Shown here in pieces: positions 30,574-41,793 of a DNA stretch of 64,000 nucleotides. The stretch's first letter is position 1. Each line of letters opens with the position of its first letter. The translations under genes and the position numbers were made by a program. Below the pieces are notes generated by a model. The model worked only from the letters and a program-made list of their open reading frames with translations. It ran no database searches and was not told the origin of the DNA. The stretch lies in the NCBI GenBank assembly GCA_963845145.1, contig CAWJQU010000005.1, positions 608,001 to 672,000 on the forward strand, in the 5' to 3' direction. Origin of the DNA: an uncultured delta proteobacterium. Its GTDB lineage: Bacteria; Desulfobacterota; Desulfobacteria; Desulfobacterales; QNYZ01.

Positions 30574-31131
30574 GTGGATCGCGATCGAACCAAGTGGAAT
30601 GACAAGTATCTTAAGCACGAACCCATCACAACACCTTCGCGAATTGTTGAGAACCATATCGGCTTGAGTCCCGTGGGACGGGCCCTCGATATTGCCGCCG
30701 GAACGGGCCGAAATGCGATCTTTCTGGCCGAACATGGTTTTTCAGTGGAAGCCGTTGATATTTCAGAGGTAGGGCTGCGACAATTGGCGGGTCGTCACCC
30801 AAACGTTTCACCCATATGTGCCGATCTCGATACTTACGAAATCCATCCCAACCGCTACAATCTTATCCTGAATATCCGCTTTTGTCATCGGCGTCTTTTT
30901 CCTCTCATCATTGAGGGACTCGCTCCAGCCGGAGTGCTGATTTTTGAAGGTTACCTGGTACAGTCCGAAAAAAAAGGGAACGGCCCGACCTGCCGGGATT
31001 ATCTCTTAAGAGAAAACGAATTGCTGCACGCGTTTTTGGACTTGAACATTATCTACTATCGTGAAAGTACCGTTCCCGGCCGCAAAAACCACAACCGGGC
31101 GGCCTCACTGGTCGCGCTTAAAAAGGGCTGA
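30574..31131 (+). CDS. Class I SAM-dependent methyltransferase (TehB-like)
   Basis: KWNDKY; RALDIAAGTGRNA; AVDIS; LLRENELL. Confidence 0.82.
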   Translation: MDRDRTKWNDKYLKHEPITTPSRIVENHIGLSPVGRALDIAAGTGRNAIFLAEHGFSVEAVDISEVGLRQLAGRHPNVSPICADLDTYEIHPNRYNLILNIRFCHRRLFPLIIEGLAPAGVLIFEGYLVQSEKKGNGPTCRDYLLRENELLHAFLDLNIIYYRESTVPGRKNHNRAASLVALKKG

Positions 31132-31188
31132 AACCCGACCGGATTATCCAAACCGGATTAACCGGACCAATTTAGATGTTGGGCATTT

Positions 31189-31659
31189 TCAATTTTTAAA
31201 TCGACGCCGAATCGTATCAACTTCCTGGGGTGAGAGTTCATTCTGACGTTCGAGTTTTTGGCGAATTTGCTCACGTTCGGCCGGAGATAGCTTTTTCCAC
31301 TGTTCATGCCATTTTTCGTAGCGTTTACGCTCCTTGGGCGACATCTTTTGCAACTTCCGGTAGCGCTGCTGATAGCGCTGTTGTTCCTCTGGAGACATCT
31401 CGTTCCATTCGCGAGCATGCGATTTTGCTTCCGGGGGCATATTCCCAAACCCTTTTTTCTTGGCCAAAAGCCTAATGGGATTTTCCCTAAGCGGTTCCTG
31501 GTCATCCAATAACCCCAACCCGTTCAGCTTCGCGTAAACATCTGAAGATACATGAGCATTTGCCACAGGGCCGAACAGGCAAACAATTCCAACCATTACC
31601 AGGCAAGCCACAACCCGCTGCCATAGCCTGTTTTTACGCAACCGTTTTTTGACGATCAT
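31189..31659 (-). CDS. DUF3106-like exported helical repeat protein
   Basis: Signal-like N-terminus; repeats WNEMSPEEQ / LQKMSPKER / WKKLSPAER / LSPQE. Confidence 0.7.
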   Translation of the reverse strand: MIVKKRLRKNRLWQRVVACLVMVGIVCLFGPVANAHVSSDVYAKLNGLGLLDDQEPLRENPIRLLAKKKGFGNMPPEAKSHAREWNEMSPEEQQRYQQRYRKLQKMSPKERKRYEKWHEQWKKLSPAEREQIRQKLERQNELSPQEVDTIRRRFKN

Positions 31660-32212
31660 GGCGTATTTTCCCCTGAGTGTTTTCCCAATGATTGAAGTTA
31701 GGTTGCATATATTCCGTCCGATCAACCACACGGATCAACTGTTGAAGTGTCTCCATATCTTTTAAAAGGTCTAGATTATTTAGCATGTCGGCATCGGCAG
31801 TAACGATCTGGTTGGATATTTCAACGGTGTGGGATACCGTTTGGCTGACCGAAGGCAGTAACGTCCGATAGTTTAAAACGCCGGCCACAAAAAGAACCAT
31901 ACCGAATGTGGCCAGGGCCGGAACCAACTTCAGACGATTGTCGAACAGAGATTTTCGCCACCAGCGCAAGGAAAATAGGGATGTCTGCTCCGGCTCGCTC
32001 AGCCGAATCAGGTTTTCAGGTGACAAAACGGCGGTTGGTGGTGGTTGCATGTTTTCCCGCAGGGCCACAACCGTTTGCACCATTCGCTTTTTTTCCTCCC
32101 GACAGCCGTCACAGATGCCCAGATGTATTTCCCACTCTTCACGGATAGTATCCGCCAGTTCGTTATAGACATCAAGCCAAAGTGTTTCTTGATATTGGGG
32201 GCATGCTGACAT
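31634..32212 (-). CDS. Zinc-finger (ZAS) transmembrane anti-sigma factor
   Basis: N-terminal Cys plus HLGICDGC (HxxxCxxC); one TM; directly downstream of the ECF sigma. Confidence 0.8.
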   Translation of the reverse strand: MSACPQYQETLWLDVYNELADTIREEWEIHLGICDGCREEKKRMVQTVVALRENMQPPPTAVLSPENLIRLSEPEQTSLFSLRWWRKSLFDNRLKLVPALATFGMVLFVAGVLNYRTLLPSVSQTVSHTVEISNQIVTADADMLNNLDLLKDMETLQQLIRVVDRTEYMQPNFNHWENTQGKIRHDRQKTVA

Positions 32213-32226
32213 TTGGTCACCTCCTA

Positions 32227-32904
32227 CTAAGCTATGGCCCAATGGCCCAGCGCTTTGCGCATGTGCCGAGTGGCTCTGAAAAGATGGCTTTTTACCGTCC
32301 CTTGGGCGGTGTTCATGATCTTGGCGATCTCCTGAATGCTGAATCCTTCAAAAACTTTTAAGGTAAAAACCATCCGTTGGTGATCGCTTAGTTGCGCCAG
32401 GGCCGATTTAATTTCCTGCTTCAATTCTTTACCCGACAGGGTTGCCATGGGGTCGTTGCCGGGGTTGGAATCGCTATGGGCTTCCAAATCCCTGTCCGGC
32501 GATGCCTCCCGGGATGGGAGTGCGCTGCCGAATTTAAAAATTTTTCGCCAACGTTGTTCTTTCCGCCTCGCATCCAGGCAGGTATTGACCACAATACGAT
32601 AAAACCAGGTGTAGAAACTCGAATTTCCTTTAAACTTTTTGATGGAGCGCAGCACTTTAACAAACGCTTCCTGGGTCAAATCCCGGGCTTTTTCTTCATC
32701 CCCCGCCGTCATGCGATACGCAATGGCAAAGGCCTTGGATTGGTAGCGATGAATCAGCGTATCCAATGCCCAGCGTTCTTTACGCTTGGCCCCCTCAACC
32801 AGAACCGCGTCGTCGATCTCCGGGTTATCAACCGGTTGATGTCCGCTTGACCATTCATCGGTTGGCTCCCTTCGTTTTGCTAAATTGACAACCCGGTTCG
32901 ACAT
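32227..32904 (-). CDS. ECF RNA polymerase sigma factor
   Basis: ARDLTQEAF; FYTWFYRIVVNTCLD; EIAKIM..GTVKSHLFRA. Confidence 0.92.
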   Translation of the reverse strand: MSNRVVNLAKRREPTDEWSSGHQPVDNPEIDDAVLVEGAKRKERWALDTLIHRYQSKAFAIAYRMTAGDEEKARDLTQEAFVKVLRSIKKFKGNSSFYTWFYRIVVNTCLDARRKEQRWRKIFKFGSALPSREASPDRDLEAHSDSNPGNDPMATLSGKELKQEIKSALAQLSDHQRMVFTLKVFEGFSIQEIAKIMNTAQGTVKSHLFRATRHMRKALGHWAIA

Positions 32905-33029
32905 TTTTGCGGTCCTTTTGGCCCCTTTCGGCCAATGTGGGTTCGAGTTGGAAAGGGGCCTTAGGTGGTTTTTCAGGGCTCATCGCTGATCTCATACTAT
33001 AGCACTGTCATTCCCGGTATGAAAAGGGT

Positions 33030-33467
33030 TTACCACCGATCGTGCCATCCGAAAGAAAAAAACAATCCCGGATCCACAAAAATACCGCCGAAATGAGATC
33101 GGTCGCAATAACGGTCCCCATGGTAGTGATGACGACGATCATGACGACGATCATGGCGCCGGTAATCGTTTCCACTATAATAGTCCCGTCGGTCACGATG
33201 TCGTCGATCGTGTCTACGGTCCCGGTGGCGATCACGGTAACGGTCGCGGCGGTCATAGTTATGCCGATCCCGGTGATACCTTGATCGATCGCGGTTCCGG
33301 TAATTATAATGATCCGTCTGCCCCTGTACGCTGCTTTTCCCCCGTTCGATGGTGTTGAGTTGTTTTTTAGAGCGGGACGTCTGCTTCTCGCCGGCCCAGC
33401 TGATACCCGTGGTCATGAACGTCAAGGCGACTAAAACTAAAGTGAATTTAATAATCATGCGTCTCAT
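33030..33467 (-). CDS. Secreted Arg/Asp/His-rich low-complexity protein
   Basis: Signal peptide ..GISWA; DRRH/RDR repeats; aromatic C-terminus; AGGAGG RBS. Confidence 0.7.
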   Translation of the reverse strand: MRRMIIKFTLVLVALTFMTTGISWAGEKQTSRSKKQLNTIERGKSSVQGQTDHYNYRNRDRSRYHRDRHNYDRRDRYRDRHRDRRHDRRHRDRRDYYSGNDYRRHDRRHDRRHHYHGDRYCDRSHFGGIFVDPGLFFSFGWHDRW

Positions 33468-33508
33468 GGGTAAACCTCCTTATTATCTTTGTGTGTCCGT
33501 CTGTTGCT

Positions 33509-33539
33509 TTAGACGTTACAACCAGCCAAAGGTTTACAC
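33509..33539 (-). promoter_or_regulatory. Candidate ECF sigma promoter
   Basis: Minus strand TGTAAACC-N15-CGTCTAA, upstream of the ECF operon. Confidence 0.55.
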
Positions 33540-33779
33540 GCCGCGTAAAGCATCCATCCAAATCCAAAATCCCGGGGATCGTAACGAACCATAATATCAA
33601 CGATTTTTAAAAAAAATTAAACAATTAGCTTGCTTTCTCTCCAAAGCGTGTTATTATACCACCATTCAACAAGGCCCTGTCTTAAGTGTGATTGGGCGGT
33701 TTTTTTCTGCAGGAACGGCTAGAATGTGGCATCCTCCAGTTTAAGATTTTGAAAATTTTACTGAAAGGAGGATGTAATC

Positions 33780-33980
33780 ATGACCAATGGAACTGTTAAG
33801 TGGTTTAGCGACCGAAAAGGGTTTGGCTTTATCGAACAAGAAGACGGACCCGATGTTTTTGTACATCATTCAGCAATTAATGCAGAAGGTTTTAAATCCC
33901 TCAATGAAGGCGATCAAGTAACCTTTGACATTGAGCAAGGACAAAAAGGCCCTGCTGCTGTAAATGTCACTGTAAGCTAA
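33780..33980 (+). CDS. Cold-shock protein (CspA family)
   Basis: [26 protein letters not shown]. Confidence 0.97.
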   Translation: MTNGTVKWFSDRKGFGFIEQEDGPDVFVHHSAINAEGFKSLNEGDQVTFDIEQGQKGPAAVNVTVS

Positions 33981-33997
33981 ATCCCAAATTGTGTAAA

Positions 33998-34040
33998 AAA
34001 AGGGCATTTCTCCAATTTCAGGAGATGCCCTTTTCTGCTT
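33998..34040 (+). terminator. Intrinsic terminator
   Basis: aaaagggcat(t)tctcc / ggagatgccctttt stem. Confidence 0.75.
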
Positions 34041-34235
34041 TTAAGCTGAATTGATCTTTCCGGGAAGACGGCCGCCAAAACGCTCTCGCCTTTATATTAA
34101 TAGCGGTTCGAAAACATCGCTCTTTTCCCGACGCCTATTTTTGTTTTTAAAACAACCATCCACCCCTGTGATGATGGGTACGCTTGCTTTTCCGGCGAAT
34201 AATGAGCGAAGCAACAGTATGGAAGGGTATAACGC

Positions 34236-34520
34236 ATGAATATCTACATCGGAAACCTATCGTTTAATACCACGGAAGATATCTTGAAATCCTTGTTTAC
34301 AGAGTTCGGTGATGTTGAAAGCGTTAAAGTGATCAAAGATCGGGGGTCCGGCACGCCAAAGGGGTTCGGATTCATTGAAATGCCCAGTAATTCCGAGGCA
34401 GATCAGGCCATTAAGGCGTTGAACGGAAACCGCATAGACGGCAAAAACATTAAAGTAAAACCGGCGGATTCAGGTGGTAAGCGGCAAAAAAAACGAAATT
34501 CCCGTAAACGTCGTTTCTAA
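34236..34520 (+). CDS. RRM RNA-binding protein
   Basis: RNP2 IYIGNL; RNP1 KGFGFIEM; basic tail. Confidence 0.93.
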   Translation: MNIYIGNLSFNTTEDILKSLFTEFGDVESVKVIKDRGSGTPKGFGFIEMPSNSEADQAIKALNGNRIDGKNIKVKPADSGGKRQKKRNSRKRRF

Positions 34521-34687
34521 TTTGTCAATAATACAGACTGTTATGGTCTTTATATTATTAAATGATCGTACAAATACCTGGGGGCGCTCAAGCCCACGGT
34601 TTTAAGGAAGTCGTCAAAGTTAAACCTTAAATTTACCAGAACGATAACCATTTAAATAGTTCTCTGATGACCGTCAGACCATAGGTG

Positions 34688-35884
34688 TTAAAAAACCCGT
34701 TTTTGGTTTTGATTGAGAAGCCGAAGGAGTTTTTCCTCCGGGTTGGAAAACTTCGCAAGGAAAATCATGGCGGCAATAATATAGGGTTTAAAGCCGGCTT
34801 CTTTATAGAGTGGATCCCGGTAACGGTCGAACACAGAGGCCGCGACCTCACCCTGGGTGCAGCTGACACCCGTGATATCCGCAGGTAAGCAGTGCATGTA
34901 TAAGGCCCGTTCGTTTTTGGTACGGGCCATGAGCGCTTCGGTGCATTCCCATTCCTTGAAATGGGCATTCTGGCCCAACAGCTCCTTCTCCAGGGCGGTA
35001 ATGCCTTCCATATCGTTGTTCGCATAAAGTTCCGTCCGTTTTTCCATGGCCTTGAAAGGCGCCCAGCTCTTAGGATAGACGATGTCGGCATTCTCAAAGG
35101 CTTTTGCCATGGAACCGGTTTTTGAAAATGAACCGCCACTGGCCTCGGCATTGGTTTTTGCAATGGCCTCTACCTCGGGCATGATGCCGTAGCCTTCAGG
35201 ATGTGCCAGGACGACCTCCATGCCGAATCGGGTCATGAGCCCTACAATGCCCTGGGGGACGGACAAAGGTTTTCCATAGGAGGGCGAATATGCCCAGGAC
35301 ATGGCGATTTTTTTGCCCTTGAGGTTTTCAATACCACCAAAATGATCAATCAGGTGGAGAGCATCGGCCATGGATTGGGTGGGATGGTCAATATCGCACT
35401 GGAGGTTGACCAGGGTGGGGCGTTGCGCCAAAATACCGGCCTCATGCCCTTGCCGGACCGCTTCGGCCACTTCCCGCATGTAAGCATTGCCCTTGCCGAT
35501 GTACATATCGTCGCGAATACCGATGACGTCGGCCATGAATGAGACCATATTGGCCGTCTCACGCACTGTTTCGCCGTGCGCCATCTGGGATTTCCCTTCG
35601 TCCAGATCCTGGACGGTGAGGCCCAATAAATTGGATGCACTGGCAAAGCTGAACCGGGTCCGGGTGGAGTTGTCCCTGAATAGCGAAATAGCCAGCCCGC
35701 TGTCGAAAGTTCGGGGGGATATGTTATTTTGGCGCATGTTTCGAAGGATTTCAGCTGTCTTGAAAACCGCGATGATCTCTTCATCACTGCGGTCCCAGGT
35801 CAGCAGAAAATCATCTTCGTACATGCCAAGGGCGCTTAAATAAGCAAGTTCTTTTATCTGTGTTTCAATCTGTACTGAGTCCAT
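34688..35884 (-). CDS. ygeW: Knotted carbamoyltransferase, YgeW family
   Basis: DFLLTW; FRDNSTRTRFS; NLQCDIDHPTQ; WAYSPSYGKPLSVPQG; MHCLPAD. Confidence 0.92.
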   Translation of the reverse strand: MDSVQIETQIKELAYLSALGMYEDDFLLTWDRSDEEIIAVFKTAEILRNMRQNNISPRTFDSGLAISLFRDNSTRTRFSFASASNLLGLTVQDLDEGKSQMAHGETVRETANMVSFMADVIGIRDDMYIGKGNAYMREVAEAVRQGHEAGILAQRPTLVNLQCDIDHPTQSMADALHLIDHFGGIENLKGKKIAMSWAYSPSYGKPLSVPQGIVGLMTRFGMEVVLAHPEGYGIMPEVEAIAKTNAEASGGSFSKTGSMAKAFENADIVYPKSWAPFKAMEKRTELYANNDMEGITALEKELLGQNAHFKEWECTEALMARTKNERALYMHCLPADITGVSCTQGEVAASVFDRYRDPLYKEAGFKPYIIAAMIFLAKFSNPEEKLLRLLNQNQKRVF

Positions 35885-35963
35885 CAGACAACTCCATCCT
35901 GAAAGTAACGTTAGGGTTAATCTTCAGAGCCATAACTTACCGCTCAAACGCGGCACTGTCAGG

Positions 35964-37425
35964 CTACAGCAGGCCTGTTCTCTGGTTAAAATCGGCGATC
36001 AGTTCATCGATGGCATCCACTTGATCGAAAATGGAATACCAGTAGTTGTCGTGATCATACCACTGGTCGTTAAGCTCTTGAACGTCGCGCCCCTGCTGTT
36101 CGATCCAGGTGTAGTACTTGAGGTTGTGGATCGCTTTTTTGTCGTAGTAGGACAACTCCTTGGTGTGATCCATGGTGATAGCGTCGATACATTCAAGGTC
36201 CCTCTGAGCCTGGGCTTCGGTATAAACGCCCCGTTCCTGTTCCAGCTCAGCCAGGCGTGATTCATAAAGCTGCATCGAGTCTGTGGCGATGGAGACGACC
36301 ACGTCACGCTCGGTCAGTTCACTGTATTTGGCAAATTTAATGGCGGCCACCATGTTGCCAATCCCGGAAATGCCCAGCAGGTCAAGGCGCTCCACAAGGT
36401 TTTTGTCCACCCCCTCCGCCACCAAGGCCTGTCGCCCCAGTGGTTCGTTTAACAGGCGCAGAACCCGCATGGGGACTTCGTCGTCCACGGCCACGATAAA
36501 ATCGGTATCTTTGCAGTCATGCACCCAGGGCACATGTTTGTCACCGATGCCTTCGATCCGGTGGGCGCCAAATCCGTTATTGAGCAGGGTGGGGCACTGA
36601 AGTGCTTCGGCCGCAACTATCTTGGACCGGGGAAATTTTTGTTTCAAATAGTAACCGGCCCCCAAGGTCCCGCCGGAGCCCGAAGATGAGACATATCCGG
36701 CAAATCGTGATCCCTTTTCAAGGTACGGTTGCAGCATGTCTTCAACGGCGTTACCGGTGACGGTGTAATGCCACAAGGGATTACCCATTTCGTCAAACTG
36801 GTTGAAAATCCTCAGATCCTCTCCGGAATCCTTTAATTCCCAGCATTTGTCGAAAATTTCCTTGACGTTTGACTCGCATCCCGGCGTGGCAATGACCTGA
36901 CCGGCAATGGACTTAAGCCACTCAAACCTCTCCCGGGACATCTCTTCAGGCAGAATCGCAATGGCCTTACAAGCCAAAAGGGCGGATATATAAGCGCCGC
37001 CCCGGCAATAATTGCCAGTGGATGGCCAGACCGCCTTGGTCTTGCGGGGATCGAACTGACCGGTGACCAGGGCCGGGGCAAGGCACCCGAAAGTGGCGCC
37101 CACCTTATGCGCACCGGTGGGAAACCAGCGGCCGGCCAGCATGATGATCGTGGCACGACAACCGGTGAGCGTCGGCGGCAGAACGATGTGATTCACGTCG
37201 CCGAAAAGACCTCCTGAATCTTTCGGTTCGTTGTTCCAGGTAATTCGGAAAAGATTGGCGGAGTGCAGGTCCCACAGCCCGATGGTTTTCAGTTGGTCTT
37301 TAATGGCTTCCGGAACGACTTTTGGGATTTTTCATCATTGCAAACGTGGGTAGGGTAATGCCCCGCTCCCGGCAATAAGCAATGTTGCTTTCAAGGGTAT
37401 CGGCATGGATGGTTAAATCGATCAC
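35964..37425 (-). CDS. PLP-dependent fold-type II enzyme (cysteine synthase-like); frameshift near 37320
   Basis: FPTGAHKVGA (PLP Lys); WPSTGNY; SGSGGT; HRIEGIGDKH. The N-terminus from GTG 37425 (IDLTIH..LPTF) is in another frame. Confidence 0.8.
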
Positions 37426-37453
37426 GGGTTTTTCCTTTTCTTTTCTTTTCTAC

Positions 37454-38629
37454 TTACAATATCTCTTCAACAGACGTTATCAGCGTCTCAGGAACATGGA
37501 TGCCAAGGGTTGCCGCCGCGCTATCCTTCAGGCCGTTGCCAGTGGACAGGATCACGATGGTACGCTCCGGGTCCAGTCTCGCAGCTGCCTTGAGAAAACC
37601 GGCGAAAGCCGCTGCACCGGCAGGTTCCGCAAATAGCCCGGTGGATCTGGAGAGGGCTGCCTGGGCTTTGATAATCTCAGCATCGGACACGGTCATCATT
37701 TCCCCGCCAAACTGTTTGAGCTGGGCCAGGGCATGGATTCCGTTTCTGGGAACATCCACGCAGATGGAGTCCGCCACCGTGGATGTCGGCTGGTTGTCGA
37801 ATTTACCGGTGGTAAAAGCCCGAAAAAGGGCGTTCGATGTTTGGGCCTGAACGCCGATAATTTTTGGGATAGATGGGATCAGGCCCAGCTGTTTGAGATC
37901 CCTGAAGCCTTTGTAGACACCCGAGAGGATGCACCCGTCGCCAACGGCGACAAACAGGATGTCCGGTGCGCTACCCCAGCTGCTGAAATAGTTCCAGGGA
38001 AACCGTCTTTTTGCCTTCGATGGTCAGGGGATTATACGCCGTGTTGCGGTTTATGCCCCCTTTTTGTTTTGAAAATTCCAGCGACAGGTCATAGGCCATA
38101 TCGTAATTTCCGTGGACCCGGTATACCCTGGCTCCGTATTGAAGGGCTTGCACCAGTTTTGCCGCTGGGGCGCTTTCCGGTAGAAACAGGGTAATACTTT
38201 GGCCTGCAGCAGCACCGATGCCGGCCATGGACGAGCCGGCATTACCGGTGGAGGCCAGGGTAATGTCCGGAATATTGAATTTATTTGCCGCCGCGGAAAC
38301 CAGAAACGACGCCCGGTCTTTGAAGGACGCCGTAGGATTGGCGCCGTCATCCTTTATGAAAAGACGCTTGAATCCCGTGGAGCGCCTGAGGTTTCCGGGT
38401 TCCCACAAGGGGGTGTTGCCAACAGGTATGGGCGGGAAATAGGCTGCTTCCACCGGGAGCAGATCCCAAACGGTCAGTGGGCCATCTAAATTACCGCTAA
38501 GTGCCACCTCCAGAACACCGGTCAGAGGCTGATCCTTTTGCTGATGCCGGGAACAGTCAGGACAGAGGTCAGGTCCGGGGTTATGTCATAGGATGCGTTG
38601 CAGACGCTGCAGCGGTAGTTGAACTCCAT
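37454..38629 (-). CDS. Threonine synthase-like PLP enzyme (frameshifted)
   Basis: N-terminal YRCSVC zinc ribbon; GNTPL; NPTASFKDRAS; ASTGNAG; EGKKT; GLFAEPAGA; TGNGLKD. Confidence 0.82.
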
Positions 38630-38726
38630 GGCGCAAATTCTCCGTGGTCACGTTTTATCTCTCAGTTCCGGCTGCAGTGCTGCAAGAACCGGGCACCGCA
38701 GCCAGGACGGATTGAGAGACGAAGGA

Positions 38727-39753
38727 CTATTTCACGGCTTCAAGGAATGCATTGAGCAGTTCTTCTCCTTCAGCGCCAAATTTCTCGACGATCAGTTTTT
38801 TCACGGCCGGAACGGCGGCTGTTTTAAAGGCTTCTTTTTCAGCCGGTGTCAGGGTATTGACCTCCATGTTTTTGGATAGTGCGTCAAGGCCCCTGTCGGA
38901 AGCTTCGATAACCCGCCCCATCCCCCGCCCTGCAACGATGGCGGATTGAGCGGCATAGGCGATCACGCCTTTTTCACTGTCCGTCAGGCTGTTCCAGAAA
39001 TCGGCATTCATGGTCCAGACATAAGGTGCAAAAATATGACCGCTTAGGGTCAGATACTTTCTGCACTTCCTGGAACTTGGCAAAAGCAATGATGGGAATC
39101 GGGTTCATCTGGCCGTCAGCAACGCCGGTCTGAAGGGCCGTATAGACTTCGGACCAGGAGATGGCCGCGGGCTGTCCGCCCATGGCCGTGATGATGGCTT
39201 TGTGCGTGTCCAGACCCATGGTCCTGATCTTCACCCCGGCCATGTCGGCGGGAGAGTGGATGGGGCGTTTGGAATTGGTCAGGTGGAAAAAACCGCCTGA
39301 GTCGCCAAACCCCAGAACGTGAAGGCCGGTTTTCTTTTCGATGTCCGCGGCCAGTTTTTTCCCGAAGGGGCCGTCGAACACCTCGTAGGTTTTACTGATG
39401 TTGGCAAATGCAAAGGGAATGTCCAGAATCCCGATGAGGGGATACGCCGATGCAAACCCACCCACAGAATGGATACCGGCCTGAATGACACCGGCCTTGA
39501 CCTGCTGCAGGGCATCTTTGTCCTTACCCAGTTGTCCGCTGGGAAAGGTTTGAACCATGACCGCGCCATTGGTGCCGGCTTCGACCAGGCTTTTAAATAC
39601 GGTGGCCATGGCGCCGGTGGGATTGTCAAAGGGGTCATCCTTGTTCAAATGGTGCAGTTTGATGGTTTTTGCCGCAACGGCTGTTCCCGTAACGCACACA
39701 ATGGCAAAAAGGGTCGCCAAAAGAACTACGGACAATCGTTTAAATGTTTTCAT
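38727..39753 (-). CDS. dctP: TRAP transporter solute-binding protein DctP (frameshift near 39060)
   Basis: Signal peptide; FPSGQLG; GVKIRTM; SWSEVYTALQTGVADGQ. Confidence 0.88.
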
Positions 39754-39919
39754 GTTAACCTCCTCTGGAATGGCAACTGGGTTGCCGTTGGTTGATACCA
39801 CTCATTCACCGGTATGGATCGGGATTCCGTATCCCACAACTCACTTACCGATATATAAACGATCAAAATCACGGTGGCGCGAATCCCGTGTGATGAGGCG
39901 TACTTATCGTGCACCGCCA

Positions 39920-41203
39920 TCACATGAGTATTCTCGGGATAAACAGCGTCAAATCATCCCAAAACGCCACTAAAAAAAGAATGCCGACCTCCACGATTAA
40001 AAAGGGGATCAGCGACACACTGATCTTTTCGATGCGCTCCCCGGTAACCGACGACATCACAAACAGACAGGCGCCCACCGGTGGCGTCATCAGAGAAATA
40101 TTCAATGCCAGGACGATCATGATACCGGCATGGACCGGATCCATGCCGATGGTTGTGGTCAGCGGGCCAAGCACCGGTGCCAGGATGATCAAAGCGGCAT
40201 TGATATCCATGAACATACCCACAACCAGGAGCAGGCAGAGAATCAGAGCGATAATGACATTGGGATTGCTGGACAGGAATAGGAAAAATGCAGCAATTTT
40301 CTGGGGAATCTGCATGAACGTCATCCACCAGCTCAAAATGGACGCACTGGCAATGATCAGAAAAACAATGCCGGTAATCCTGGCCGTACGGATGAGCATC
40401 TCCACAATGTCTTTAAATGTCAGCGCCCGGTAGATCACAACACTGATGAAAAGCGCGTAAAACACCGCAATGGCAGCCGCTTCTGTGGGCGTGACGATGC
40501 CGAAGAGAATACCGCCTAAAATGATTCCGGGCATCAGAATGGCCAGAAAACTTGATTTGAACGCCCAAAAAATACGTATCAGGCTGAAGCGTTCTTTGCT
40601 TTTGGGAAGATTCAGCCGTTTGCCCAAAAGCCCGATCACGCCCATGCAAAGCACACAGATGAGCAGTCCCGGTAAAATGCCTGCGGCAAATAGCCCGGCA
40701 ATGGAAACGCCCATGAGGGAACCGTAGATGACCATCAGGTTGGATGGGGGAATCGTGGGGCCGATGATGGATCCGGCAACGGTGACGGCGCAGGAAAAAG
40801 GGCGCGAGTAGCCTTCCTTGACCATGGCCGGTACCAGGGTGTTGCCAAAGGCGGCGGTATCGGCCACGGCCGCGCCGGTCATGCCGGCAAACAGAACCGA
40901 AGCAATCATGTTGGAGTGGGCCAGCCCGCCCCGCAGGTAGCCCACCAGGGCATCGGCAAAAGCGGCCAGCTTCTCCGTGATACCCGAGCGGTTCATGATT
41001 TCTCCGGCCAGGATAAAAAACGGCATGGCCATAAAAGTAAACAGGTCCAAGCCTTCGAAGTAGCGCTTGGGCGCCATGGTCAGAAAATTCTCTCCCCCGA
41101 TCTGGACAAGCCCCGCAATGCCGGCAACCCCAAGTGTCACACCAATGGGAAGCCCCATGAGAATAAAGAAAAAGAAGATCAATAGAACGATAATCATTGT
41201 CAT
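39920..41203 (-). CDS. dctM: TRAP transporter large permease
   Basis: AMPFFILAGEIM; RGGLAH; IPPS; TPTEAA; MTPPVG. Confidence 0.92.
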   Translation of the reverse strand: MTMIIVLLIFFFFILMGLPIGVTLGVAGIAGLVQIGGENFLTMAPKRYFEGLDLFTFMAMPFFILAGEIMNRSGITEKLAAFADALVGYLRGGLAHSNMIASVLFAGMTGAAVADTAAFGNTLVPAMVKEGYSRPFSCAVTVAGSIIGPTIPPSNLMVIYGSLMGVSIAGLFAAGILPGLLICVLCMGVIGLLGKRLNLPKSKERFSLIRIFWAFKSSFLAILMPGIILGGILFGIVTPTEAAAIAVFYALFISVVIYRALTFKDIVEMLIRTARITGIVFLIIASASILSWWMTFMQIPQKIAAFFLFLSSNPNVIIALILCLLLVVGMFMDINAALIILAPVLGPLTTTIGMDPVHAGIMIVLALNISLMTPPVGACLFVMSSVTGERIEKISVSLIPFLIVEVGILFLVAFWDDLTLFIPRILM

Positions 41204-41207
41204 CTCC

Positions 41208-41721
41208 CTAGCGCGTCTGCGCCATACCGGCGACCGGCGGTTCCGGATCCCGAAACATGGCGGCAAAGATCTGGAACGCGGTCAGGGCCGAAGAGACCGG
41301 AACCGCGGCAAAGGGCACCACCATGGTGATGCCGAAGATGGTGGCGTACTGCCCCAGCCCCTCTCTGGTCATGCCGATGCCGTACCAGGCAAGAAAGAGA
41401 AAAAAGGCCAGGCTGATAAGATCAAGGCTGATCATCAGGATGCGGCCGCCCCGCTTGGGACAGGAAGCGTTTGACGATGTCCAGGCCAATGTGTTCCCGG
41501 TAATATGCACCGCAGGAAACGGCCAGAAGGGCCGCCCAGATCATGACATACCTGGATAATTCTTCGGTCCAGGTAAATCCCAGGTGCAGAAAGTAGCGCT
41601 CGACCACCCCAAACCAGATAACCACCACCATGATGCCCACCAGGAGCGCGCAGATGCGCTCAACCAGCCAGTTCAGCCAGTGCGCAATTTTGAAGAGCAG
41701 GGATTGTGAGTTTCTCTCCAT
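41208..41721 (-). CDS. dctQ: TRAP transporter small permease (frameshift near 41455)
   Basis: RY..WTEELSRYVMIW..EHIGLD; 4 TM over two frames. Confidence 0.85.
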
Positions 41722-41793
41722 TTACGATCCCTCCCCTAAAGGATGTATGCATTCCCGGTTTGGTAAATTTTCGGCGGTGACGACAATCGCTCA

